A DNA stretch of 64,000 bases from Pristiophorus japonicus (taxonomy: Eukaryota): NCBI RefSeq assembly GCF_044704955.1, contig NC_091989.1, forward strand, positions 44,702,001 to 44,766,000, given 5' to 3'. The translations under genes were made by a program, and so were the position numbers. Below the pieces are notes generated by a model. The model was not told the origin of the DNA and ran no database searches. It saw only the letters and a list, made by a program, of their open reading frames with translations. Positions 51,245-62,739 of the stretch are shown here, piece after piece. Position 1 is the stretch's first letter, and every line of letters starts with the position of its first letter.

Positions 51245-51798
51245 TTTATTTGCAACAATTTTTAAAGCATTTTGTTGTTTTGAATTGGTAAAATGATAGT
51301 ATCAATCATATGAATGATATGACAAACAAAATGAAAACGAAAAATGTATTGTTTTAGAGCCAAAGTGATGTAAATGCAGATGCTGGAATCTGAAGTAAAA
51401 ACAGAAAATGCTGGAAATACTCAGCAGGTCAGGCAGAACCTGTAAAGGGAGAAACAGAGTTAGCGTTTCAGCTCTGTGTCCTTTCATCAGAACTGGAAAA
51501 GTTAGAGATGTAACAGATTTTAAGCAGGTGCAGAGGCAGGGAAAGGGGGAGGGGAGAAAAGAACTAAAGGAAGGGTCTGTGACAAGGTGGGAGGAGGAGA
51601 GATTAAATGCTGCAAATAGGAATGGCAGAATCATCAACAGCTGCCGTCTGAAAAAATAGGGGCAGAGGTATTGGTCTGAAATTGTTGAACTCGATGTTGA
51701 GTCCATAAGGCTATAAAATACCTAATGGAAAGATGAGGTGTTGTTCCTCGAGCTTACATTGAGCGTCATTGGAACAGTGAAGGAGGCCGAGGACGGAG

Positions 51799-52960
51799 AA
51801 ACATAGAAACATAGAAAATAGGTGCAGGAGTAGGCCATTCGGCCCTTCGAGCCTGCACCACCATTCAATGAGTTCATGGCTGAACATGCAACCTCAGTAC
51901 CCCATTCCTGCTTTCTCGCCATACCCCTTGATCCCGCTAGTAGTAAGGACTACATCTAACTTCTTTTTGAATATATTTAGTGAATTGGCCTCAACAACTT
52001 TCTGTGGTAGAGAATTCCACAGGTTCACCACTCTCTGGGTGAAGAAGTTTCTCCTTATCTCAGTCCTAAATGGCTTACCCCTTATCCTTAGACTGTGACC
52101 CCTAGTTCTGGACTTCCCTAACATTGGGAACATTCTTCCTGCATCTAACGTGTCTAAACCCGTCAGAATTTTAAACGTTTCTATGAGGTCCCCTCTCATT
52201 CTTCTGAACTCCAGTGAATACAAGCCCAGTTGATCCAGTCTTTCTTGCTATGTCAGTCCCGCCATCCCGGGAATCAGTCTGGTGAACCTTCGCTGCACTC
52301 CCTCAATAGCAAGAATGTCCTTCCTCAAGTTAGGAGACCAAAACTGTACACAGTACTCCAAGTGTGGCCTCACCAAGGCCCTGTACAACTGTAGCAATAC
52401 TTCCCTGCCCCTGTACTCAAATCCCCTCGCTATGAAGGCCAACATGTCATTTGCTTTCTTAACCGCCTGCTGTACCTGCATTCCAACCTTCAATGACAGA
52501 TGTACCATGACACCCAGGTCTCGTTGCACCTCCCCTTTTCCTAATCTGTCACCATTCAGATAATAGTCTGTCTCTCTGTTTTTACCACCAAAGTGGATAA
52601 CCTCACATTTATCCACATTATACTTCATCTGCCATGCATTTGCCCACTCACCTAACCTATCCAAGTCACTCTGCAGCCTCATAGCATCCTCCTCGCAGCT
52701 CACACTGCCACCCAACTTAGTGTCATCCGCAAATTTGGAGATACTACATTTAATCCCCTTGTCCAAATCATTAATGTACAATGTAAACAGCTGGGGCCCC
52801 AGCACAGAACTTTGCGGTACCCCACTAGTCACTGCCTGCCATTCTGAAAAGTACCCATTTACTCATACTCTTTGCTTCCTGTCTGACAACCAGTTCTCAA
52901 TCCATGTCAGCACACTACCCCCAATCCCATGTGCTTTAACTTTGCACATTAATCTCTTGT
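51799..52960 (-). mobile_element. 5'-truncated CR1 inserted in the Penelope left arm
   Basis: aaacatagaaacatag tail; RT ORFs 51894-52832; Penelope resumes at gtcagagtgg. Confidence 0.93.
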
Positions 52961-53321
52961 GTCAGAGTGGGAGTGGAGCGGAGAATTAAAGTGACAGGCG
53001 ACCAGAAGCTCGGGGTCACCCTTACAGACTGAACGGAGGTGTTTATCAAAGCGGTCACCCAGTCTGCGTTTGGTCTCCCCAAGGTAAAGGAGATCGCATT
53101 GTGAGCAGCGAATGCAGTATACTAAATTGTAAGATGCACAAGTAAATCACTGTTTCACCTGAGAGGAGTGTTTGCGGCCCTGGACAGTGGGGAGGGAGGA
53201 GGTAAAAGGGCAGGTGCTGCTTCTCCTGTGCTTGGATGGGAAGCTGGCCTGGGAAGGGGAGAGGGTGTGAGGAGGGATTGAGGAGTGAACCAGGGGAATG
53301 ATCCAGTGAATGCAGAGTCTG

Positions 53322-53450
53322 GTATCAAGGGATATGGGAATAGTGCAGGAAGGTGTTGAAGTAGAAGATCAGCCATGATCTTATTGAATGGCAGAGCAGG
53401 CTTGAGGGGTCGAATGGCCTACTCCTGCTCCTAATTCTTATGTTCTTATG
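53322..53450 (+). mobile_element. Short CR1 3' end in the Penelope left arm
   Basis: atcaagggatatggg...cctgctcctaattcttatgttcttatg. Confidence 0.85.
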
Positions 53451-53569
53451 GTGGTGTGAAAGGTGAGGATAGGGGGAACCCTATCATTGATCGGGGAGGA
53501 TGGGGAAAGGGTGAGAGCAGATGTGCGGGAAATGGAACGGGCACAGTAGATGACCATGTCAATTACTGA

Positions 53570-55103
53570 CCTCATCTCCTCTGGCGATCTTCCCTCCACA
53601 GCTGTTTACCTCATAGACCCCAACCCCGCACAGCCCGCTTCTACCTCCTTCCCAAGATCTACAAACAGGATTGCACTGGTCGACCCATCATTTCAGCCTG
53701 TTCTTGCCCCACGGAACTGATTTCTTCCTATCCTGATTCTATTTTTTCTTCTCTTGGCCAGTCTCTTCCCACTTACATCCGACACCCTTCACCACTTAAC
53801 AGTTTCCAATTTCTTGGCCCCAACCGTCCCTTTTTCACAATGGATGTCCAATCCCTCTACAGTTCCATCCCCCACCAGGACGGCCTGAGGGCACTCCACT
53901 TCTTCCTTGAGCAGAGGCCCAACCAGCCCACATCCGCCACCACCTCCTCCGCTCAGCTGAACTTGTTCTCACATTGAACAACTTCTCCTTTGACTCCACT
54001 CACTTCCTCCAAATTAAAGGTGTTGCTATGGGAACCTGCTCGGGTCCTAGCTCTGCCTGCCTTTTCGTGGGATATGTGGAACATTTTTTGTTCCAATCCA
54101 ACTCAGGTCCCCTCCCTCACCTCCTTTTCCAGTGCATTGATGACTGTATTGGTGCAGTTTCATACTCTAGCCCGGAACTAGAAAATTTCATTCATTTTGC
54201 TTCCCTCACCTTCACATGGTCCATCTTCAACTCTTACCTTCCCTTCTTCGACTTTTCTATCTCCATTTCTGGGGATAGGCTATTGACAATCATTCACTAT
54301 AAGCCCACTGACTCCCACAGCTACCTGGACTACACTTCCTCCCACTCCACTTCCTATAAGGACTCTATTCCATTCCCCCAGTTTTTCCATCTCCGCCACA
54401 TCTGAGCCCTCAACCGTGCCCATTCCATTTTCCGCACTTCTATTCTCACCCCTTTGCCTCCCTCCCAGAACCATGACAGGGTCGCCCTTGTCCTCACCTT
54501 TCATCCCAGCAGCCTCCACATTTAACGTATTCAATGTATCATCCTCCGCCATTTCTGCCACCTCCAGCATGATCCCACCACCAAACACATCTTTCCCTCC
54601 CCTTTCAGCATTCCAAAGGGATCACTCCCTCCGCGACACCCTGGTCCACTCCTCAATCACCCCCAGCACCCCCTGCCCTTCCCACGGGACCTTTCTGTGC
54701 AAGCGCTAGAGATGCAACACCTGCCCTTTTACCCCCTCCTTTCCCACTGTCTAATGTCCAAACACTCCTTCCAGGTGAAACAGCGATTTACTTGTACTTC
54801 TTTCAACTTAGTATACTGTATTCGCTGCTCACAATGTGGTCTCCTCTACATTGGGGAGACCAAACGCAGATTGGGTGACCACTTTGCAGAACACCTCCGT
54901 TCAGTCCGTGAGTGAGACCCCGAGCTTCCGGTTGCCGTCACTTTAATTCCCTGATCCACTCCAACTCTGACCTCTTAGTCCTCGGCTTCTCACACTGTTC
55001 AAACGAAGCTCAGCTTAAGCTCGAGGAACAGCACCTCATCTTTCAATTAGGCACTTTACAGCCTTCTGGACTCAACATCGAGTTCAAGAATTGCAGACCA
55101 TAA
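53570..55103 (+). pseudogene. Penelope RT + GIY-YIG endonuclease pseudogene
   Basis: ORFs 53974-54405, 54697-54915, 54912-55103 (LEEQHLIFQLGTLQPSGLN). Confidence 0.9.
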
Positions 55104-56163
55104 CCTCGGCCCCTATTTTTTCAGGCGGCAGCTGTTGATCATTCTGCCATTCCTCTTTATCACAGACCGTCCCTTTAGTACTTTCCTCTCCTCCCACTTT
55201 CCTGCCTCTGCACTTGGTTAAAATCTGTTAGATCTCAAACTTTTTCCAGTTCTGACGAAGGGTCACAGACCTGAAACATTAACTCTGTTTCTCCTTCCAC
55301 AGATGCTACCTGACCTGCTGAGATTTCCAGCATTTCCTGTAATGTAAATGGAGCACTGAAAACCATCAGGGACTTTGCTAATCGCACTGATTTAAATTTA
55401 CTAAGCAGGAATCTAAATGTTTGATAGATTAAAATTCACAGAGGAAGGTTTTATGTCAACTTTCAATTGAGACTTACAAGTTACAGATTCTGATCAAACC
55501 ATTAGGATCATTAATGGTAAAATATAATTATGCTTTCAAATGTGTTTCACTCACAATGTAAATAACATTTAACTGTTGAAAGAGGATAGTAAAGATAAAG
55601 TGCATGACCTTACACGAACTATAAATTACCAGACAGTCACTTTAATATTTAAAAGGTGGCTGAGAATGTCCACGGAGGGAGAATAATCGCTTTGGAGGTT
55701 AAATAGGATTTGCAAAAAGGAAAGAATAGAAGTTATGTCATATAGATGTCACAATACTGATTGATGAAGCTATAAATTAGCTCCTTACCAAGAAAAGAGA
55801 CTTTAAATTACTGTGTTTCAAAGGTGCATTGTTTCACAGGCAATTAATGTGTCAGTTGTCAGTCAGTATTATTTAAAGTGCCAATAAGAGCTGGATAATT
55901 GGACTTGGTGGATTAATGAGTACAGCACAGCGCTAACCACCAGAGAACTCTAGTAATCTGCCAGTGGTTTGCCCTTAATACATGAGGTGAAAGGAGAGAC
56001 AGAGCTTGAGCTACTGCAATACTGAAGCTTTCTTTTGATTCTACATGACTTCCCTGACATGGTGACTATATGATTATGCATTGGTGCAAACCTCTGAAGC
56101 AGTCTGAGCAGTGGACAGGTTTTAGAGAATTACCTTGTGAATTTGCCTTTTAGAAAGCAGAAT

Positions 56164-56935
56164 GGCCTGGAAATCCCGGCCTCTCCGGGTTTGTTCAGAG
56201 TGTCTACGCACCCGGGAAGGCATCATAAAAGTCAGTTTTCAGCGCACAATACACATGCGCTGAAAACCAGCTTTTCCGATCTGTCAAGCTGGAGCTTGAC
56301 AGATCACACGCATATCGGGTGCGAGGACATTTGTAAGGGCAAGATTGCAGTATTTACCCATATCTTGCCCAGCAAATGTCCTCAAAATTCTTGCGCCTGA
56401 TAAAAGCAGGCGCATAGCCTACTTTTACAGGCATAAGAGTTTAAAAACATACAAAAGTATAATTGAATTAAATTAGAAAAGCACATATTATTATTTTTAA
56501 AACCCTGCCCACTGTGTTACATTTATTTTTAACCATAATTAAAAAATGTTTAAAAAACTCAGAACTTTTTTTTCTCTAAGATATTTAATAACTTTAATTT
56601 TAATTATGTGAGATGTGTTTTTTGTTTTTTATTATGGTGTTTAGTGTGTTTGTTTTTTTTTTCTTATTAATAGCAATGAGAACTCGTAGATACGGAGTTC
56701 TCATTGCTATTAATGAGAAAGCTGTGGAATACTGTACCTGATTGGCTGAGCAGTCACACATGACTGCACCTTCTGCATGGGAACCTAGAGGACGGGCGCG
56801 CGCTTCGCAGCGCGGGAAGAGAAGACCCCCCCAACGGAATCCCACGCTCCTCCCGGACCACCGGGTACTTTTGTAGAAAGATTTCAGGTCGGAGGCAATT
56901 GCCCGCGGGAAACCTCCGACCGCAATTTCAGCCCC
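56164..56935. mobile_element. Harbinger-type MITE family A, 772 bp, TSD AAT
   Basis: AAT at 56161-56163 and 56936-56938; shares aaaagcaggcgcatagcctactttt and the internal hairpin with the 13650 and 21767 copies. Confidence 0.88.
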
Positions 56936-57125
56936 AATGAAGCCAAGGAAAGTGTAAGTGGGTTGAGTACAGACCATCCATCATTCTCAAAGTTACTTCT
57001 CATTATGTTTTACTACAGATTCTTTAACTTTTACACAGGAAATTTGTAATCGCAGGAGTAGCACAGCCAGTCAGTGCTCCGAAACACAACCACGTGTTCT
57101 TGCTGTCGAGACAGCAAGACACACT

Positions 57126-57630
57126 GGGGGCGAAATTACCCAGCGCCCCGTTTGGGGGGAGTGGTAATCCAGTCAGGGAGGGACTTCCTGTGCCTGTCAT
57201 GGAAGTCACGCCCCAGTCCGCGAAATCCGGGGCGCTACTCGGGCGTGATCAGCAGCGCTAAGCGGCTTGCCGGCTCGGGCTGATGTGTTTCAACCTTCCT
57301 CCCCTTCCATTAAAGGGCCTCCACTGGGCCACCAATGCGGTGTGGTTGCTGAGGCTGTAGCCTGGCACCCAAACAGTGTGCTGGGCTGCACGATGGCGGC
57401 CTGGATCACGCCACGGAGACTGAAGACGGGCTGACCGGTGAGTCGGCCAAAACCAGAAAATAGCGGTGCATGGCGCAGCGCACCTCCCCTGTAAATTCCA
57501 CCCCGCACCTGGATGTCGGCCTGGTGAGGCTGGTGCTGACAGCACTCATGGCAGCCTCGAGGGGCACTGGCCAATTTCAGCTTCGCACGAAAAGCAGTCA
57601 TCGCGGGTGTTAAGGGGTCGCCATGCCAAA
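57126..57630. mobile_element. Truncated GC-rich MITE related to 12441-13192
   Basis: gggggcgaaatt TIR; ccattaaaggg..ccactgggccacc shared; right end uncertain. Confidence 0.6.
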
Positions 57631-58187
57631 TTGACATGGGAGAAATGCTTATGCAATAGCCAGGATAGAATGGAAAATATTAAGAATACAAGAAATCCAA
57701 TATTGTAAAATTTTTTGGAAAAAAATGTTTAGATCGTAAACAAAACTCTTCAGAAATAGCCGAGAGGTATTTCAATTTTAACCTCTGGAAATTGGTTAAT
57801 TACAATAATAACATTTTGAAATGGGAGATCATTACTCCAGTCACCTGTAACGGAATTCCAAGCAATGAAGTGTGAATTCACCCATTAAAAGATAAGTTTG
57901 CAACCCTGTAATCCACAATAGGCTAAGAAATCAATCAGATAATTGTTACAAATGTTTCTGAAAACTGTACAAGTCATATGGCTTGCAGGGAGGATCTACA
58001 GGAAAACAAGTCTGGTAATGAACTCAAAGCAAAAATAATGGAAATGCATAACAGATTCATCAGCATCTGTAAAGAGTAAAGTTGGGTTTTCATTTTCGTG
58101 TAGGCCCTTTGTACAAACATTTTCTGTTTTAATTTCAGGATTCCACATTTGCAGTTTTACTCCTCCCTTTCCCTCTTCTCTCTCATG

Positions 58188-59373
58188 GGGCCCAACTTTG
58201 CCCAACCCCTTTTTCCGGCGCACTTACCTTAAATGCACCGACTTTACGCGCTGGAAACGGCGCCGGAAAAGAGGGGCCCCATCCTGGCCACTCTTCCAAG
58301 TCCCCGGAGTCCTGGCGTGGCGTGCATTCTGAAGTGGGGGGCAGTGCGACAGGCCAGCGCCGAAAACAGTGCCGGCATCTGCGTGCATGCGCAGTGAAGT
58401 CTGCGCGCATGCTCCTGCCCTCCCAGCGTGTCCTGCGGGCTGTGAGCAGGACCTGATGCTCGCAGCCCCTATCTCCGGCCAAAGGGACGCCCCGATCTCA
58501 CTGCACCCTATCCCCAGCCAAGTGGCCTCCCACACCGGCCAGCCGGCCCGCTGAGTTCCCGGGCCGAGGTAGGACTTCAGTTTTATTTTTTATTTATTGG
58601 TTGTGCTTAAAGAGTTTTGATTGGGGTGGGAGGGGGAGGAGGAGAGTTTTTGGCGGGGGGAGAGAAAGAGTGTATTGAGGGGCAGGAGGAGAGTTTTGGG
58701 GGGCAGAGAAAGTGTTTTGGGGGGGAGAAAGTGTTTTGGGGGGAGGAGAAAGAGTGTATCGGGGGGGCAGGAGGAAAGTTTGTGGGGGGGAGAGAAAGAG
58801 ATTTTGTGGTGGGGGGGAGAGGAAGAGTGTTTTGTATATCAGCATCTCTCTCTCTCTCTCTCTCTCTCTCTGGCTACACCGCCCCGGTGACATCGCGGCC
58901 AGCAGCTCGCATTTACGTAGCGGCCCCCCCCCACCCCCACCCCCGGAGACATCGCGGTAGGATTTACTTCATTTTTATTAGTATTGTAATTGTTTGAGCT
59001 TTTCCTTGCAATGTTTGGTGCTTGGTTGTTAAGGTCCTCTCCAGTTCCCTTCCCTCCCCTATCCCTGCCCTAAAGTCTGCCGAATGTGCGCTGCTTTTTC
59101 TTCACTGCCCGCAAGGTTTTTCAGAGCTGGCCACATACGCTGACCTAAGTCGATTTGGAGTAAGTTTCGCTGGCCAAAGTGGCATAAATGGCCAAAACTG
59201 GCATAAGTGTCTGGGAACGCCCCCTTTTGGAAAAAAAACTGACCCCAAAAAAATCGTACCTAAATGACTTACTCTGGAGCAAATTTTGGGGGAGAATGGC
59301 ATTTTTTAACTTGCGCAAGAAAAAACAACTTACTCCAAAAAAATGTCTGCAAGTCATGGCCAAAGTGGGGCCC
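58188..59373. mobile_element. Non-autonomous Harbinger-type element (1.19 kb) with an internal G-rich minisatellite and (CT)n
   Basis: gggcccaactttgccca / tggccaaagtggggccc; TSD not clear. Confidence 0.8.
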
Positions 59374-59639
59374 TTTATCCTTGCTCCTTGACTTCCCTCA
59401 CTGTGTAACAAAAATGCTTCCTAATGTTGCCTCTGGTTCTTTTGCCAATCGCCTTAAATCTGTGTCCTTTGATTACTGACCCTTCTGTCACTGGAAATAG
59501 TTTCTCCTTATTTACTCTGTCAATGCCATTCATGATCGTGATATAAATTAATATGTACTTCCTGATTTAACTTCTCATTAAATAGCTGTGCGAAATAGCT
59601 GACACAGACACGATGGGCCAAATGGCCTCCTGAAGATGA

Positions 59640-60451
59640 TAAGAACATAAGTATTAGGAATAGGAGTAGGCCATTTGGCCCCTAGAGCCTGCTCCGCCAT
59701 TCAATAAGATCATGGCTGATCTTCTACCTCAACTCCACTTCCCTGCACTATCCTCATATCCCTTGATCCCTTAATATTCAAAAATCTATCGATCTCTGTC
59801 TTGAATATACTCAATGATTGAGCATCCACAGCCCTCTGGGGTACAGAATTCCAAAGATTCACCATCCTCTCAGTGAAGAAATTTCTCCTCATCTCAGTCT
59901 AAAATGGCCGACCCCTTATTCTGAGACTGTGACCCCTAACTCTATACTCCCCAGCCAGGATAAACATCCTCCCTGCATCTACCCTGTCAAGCCCTATAAG
60001 AATTTTCTATGTTTCAATGAGATCACCTCTCATTCTTCTAAACACTAGAGAATAGAGGCCTAATCTACTCAATCTCACCTCATAGGACAATCCCCTCATC
60101 TCAGGAATCAGTCTGGTGTACCTTCATTGCACTCCCTCTATGGCAAGTATATCCTTCCTTAGGTAAGGAAACCAAAACTGTACACAATACTCCAGGTGTG
60201 GTCTCATCAGGGCCCTATATAATTGCAGTAAGACATCTTTACTCTTGTACTCAAATCCTCTTTAAATAATAGGCCAACATACCATTTGATTTCTTAATTG
60301 CTTGCTGTACCTGCATATTAACATGATTCGTGTACAAGTACACCCAGGTCCCTCTGAACACCAACATTTAAAATCTCTCACCCATTTAAAAAATATTCTG
60401 CTTTTCTATTTTTCCTACCAAAGTGGATAACTTCACATTTTTCCACATTAT
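59640..60451 (-). mobile_element. CR1 3' part, interrupted by Harbinger H3
   Basis: taagaacataag tail; MRRNFFT; breaks at ttccacattat. Confidence 0.9.
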
Positions 60452-60816
60452 GGGCTCAATTTTCCTCAAGCCTGTTTTCTGGTGTATTGCCAGAGTTACA
60501 CCCGTTTTTCTAGGCCAGAAATGCACCAGAAATATTTTGCCAAAGTTTCCCTGATGTATAATTCGAATTTGGCGCCGCGCAGCGTGTCCAGTCGCCTCGG
60601 CGGGGTGGAGCCTGCTGACTGCGCCAAAATACGACGACGCACCTTCTACGCATGCGTGGGAAAAAAAGTTACGTTTTTGACGTCGTTCCAATGGACACGC
60701 ATGCTCAGTACAGCTCAGATTTGGCAACCGGCCATTTTTGAAGAGCTATTTGTGTGTGTGAGAACATTGAGTGCTGTGAGAGAGCATTGGAAAAATCGCA
60801 GCTGGAGCAATACAAG

Positions 60817-62381
60817 ATGCAACGCAGTGCAAGGACCAAGAATTTCTTACAGGAAGAAGTGGAGGCACTAGTTGCTGTGATTGAGAACAGATGGCAGGAG
60901 CTGGACACTAGCAGAGGTCACATAAAGGTTCCACCCAAAGAAAAGAAGAAATGCAGAAGATTACTGCGCAGTGGTGACCACGAGGTCTGGAGGCCAGTGT
61001 AAAAAGAAGTGGCAGGGCCTTGGTCAAGTAGTTAGTGCAAGTAATATTTTCATTTATTCAATGGAATTGCGATTGTAAATGTGACCAGCTGTATATGTCC
61101 CACCCAGCAGAAAGACACCCTCTCTAAAAAGTTGCATTTTCATCTTTGCAGAGGAAGGTGGCACATAATAAAAGGAAAAGAACTCGAACAGGAGGAGGCC
61201 CGGCAAATCTGCACCCACTGACACACTTGGAAGAGAGGGTCACTGCTTTGATTGGGTCCTACCTGGAAAAAAGCAACCACCACTGCACAAGCTGGGCCCA
61301 TACTCGAGGGAGAGGGTAAGTCCTGCACATTCATCATGGTCCTTCAAATCAGCCTGCTGCCTGGCCTGCGATATGTGAGCCTACTCATGCCACCCATCTT
61401 GCCCCCTTCTCTGCTGCTAACCATTTGAATGTTCTGTTATATTTTGCAGGACTTGAGGCCAACTCTGATGATGCAGAAGAAGACTCAGATGCGGACGAGC
61501 CTGAAGAGGAGAACATCTTCCAATCCAACACTCCAGACCAAGAACATGGGGGGAGGGAGAGTTGGAGGGGGTGGAGCTGGATGAAGCTCCCACTGCTGTA
61601 CTGACTTTGGAGGAGGTGCCGCTCATGGAGGTGACAGCCCCTTCCGTGACTAGTGGTTTGAGTGTTGGTGGGACATTCTACGGTTTCACACCTTCCGAGG
61701 TTGCGGATCCCAGTGGTGTGGTGCAGCGAGCCACACCCATGGGGATGAGGGGAAGGAGAGCTCGACCACGCTCTCCTGAGGTGCAGGATCTAACAGATGT
61801 GGTTTAGATGATGTCATTGAGTGCAGAGAGCATTGACCTTACCCAATCACGCCTGGACACCATCAGTTGGGTGAGTGATGAGGTAGCGGGACTGTCGGGA
61901 GAAGTAACAACAATGACACAAGAAATGGGAACGCTATCCAGGACCATCACTGAAGGACTAGTGGCCATGAGGGAGGGAATGTCAGAGGTAGCTGATGCGC
62001 TGTCAGTGACCGTCAGGGAGGGAATGTCAGAGGGAGGGAATGTTGCAGGTCATTGAGACACTATCAGGGCACATGAGGGACGGCATATTGGAGTTAGCTG
62101 CTGCAATAAGGGAACACGCCCAGATCCCGCGTCCATTGACAGAATCAATTGCCACTCTCACTCCAATCCCCACACCAGCCTCTGAAGAGCCCAAAGCCGG
62201 GCCCTCCAACTTGCCACCTGGGCCCTCCAACTTGCTGCCTGACGCTGGCGCCGCCCCCGCCCAAGAGGTGCACAGTACCCTTAGAAAGAATAAGCTTGGT
62301 ACCAAGCCCAGAAACACTGCGCCACCGCCTGTGGGCAGGGGTAGTGGAATGTCCAAGACCGAGCACAGCGGGCGGTCTTAG
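60817..62381 (+). pseudogene. Harbinger Myb/SANT-like gene; exons 60817-61036, 61152-61315, 61450-62381
   Basis: RTKNFLQEEVEALV...QCKKKW; RTGGGP..LTHLEERV; acidic linker and predicted helical region; lesions present. Confidence 0.88.
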
Positions 62382-62739
62382 AATAATGTGGAGGAGAGAT
62401 GGGTGCAGCCTTTCTTTGCTGTTGTTGTTGTTGTTATTATTATTGTTACTGTTGTAACTGTTCTCAAATTAAAAGTTTTTTGTAAATTATGTAAATTTAC
62501 AAGTGTGTAAGTGAACTTAAAGTTTTTAAGTGATCTTAAAGTTTTTAAGTGATCTTAAAGAGTGATATTAAAGTAAAGTTTGATACAAGAATAATTTTAT
62601 TTAAGTTAAGTACATTGTAAACTTTTGAATAAAATATATTTTACATTAAAACTGAATCGTGTTCCCTTAACACAATACAACATTATGGAACAGCTCCAAA
62701 CAATAAACATGTCCATGTGGAATTGTTGTCACTGAGCCC

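Larger units (their letters stand above)
51377..55341. mobile_element. Penelope-like element with inverted duplication; minus arm 51377 to about 53565, plus arm about 53566-55341; 9-bp TSD
   Basis: RT QIKGVAMG..CIDD, YKPTDSHSYLDY; GIY-YIG LVYCIRCSQCGLLYIGET; ATGTAAATG at 51368-51376 and 55342-55350. Confidence 0.9.

Noticed and set aside
57097-57118. Hairpin tcttgctgtc-ga-gacagcaaga
   Set aside because: A single 10-bp stem with no second copy or supporting context; could be chance
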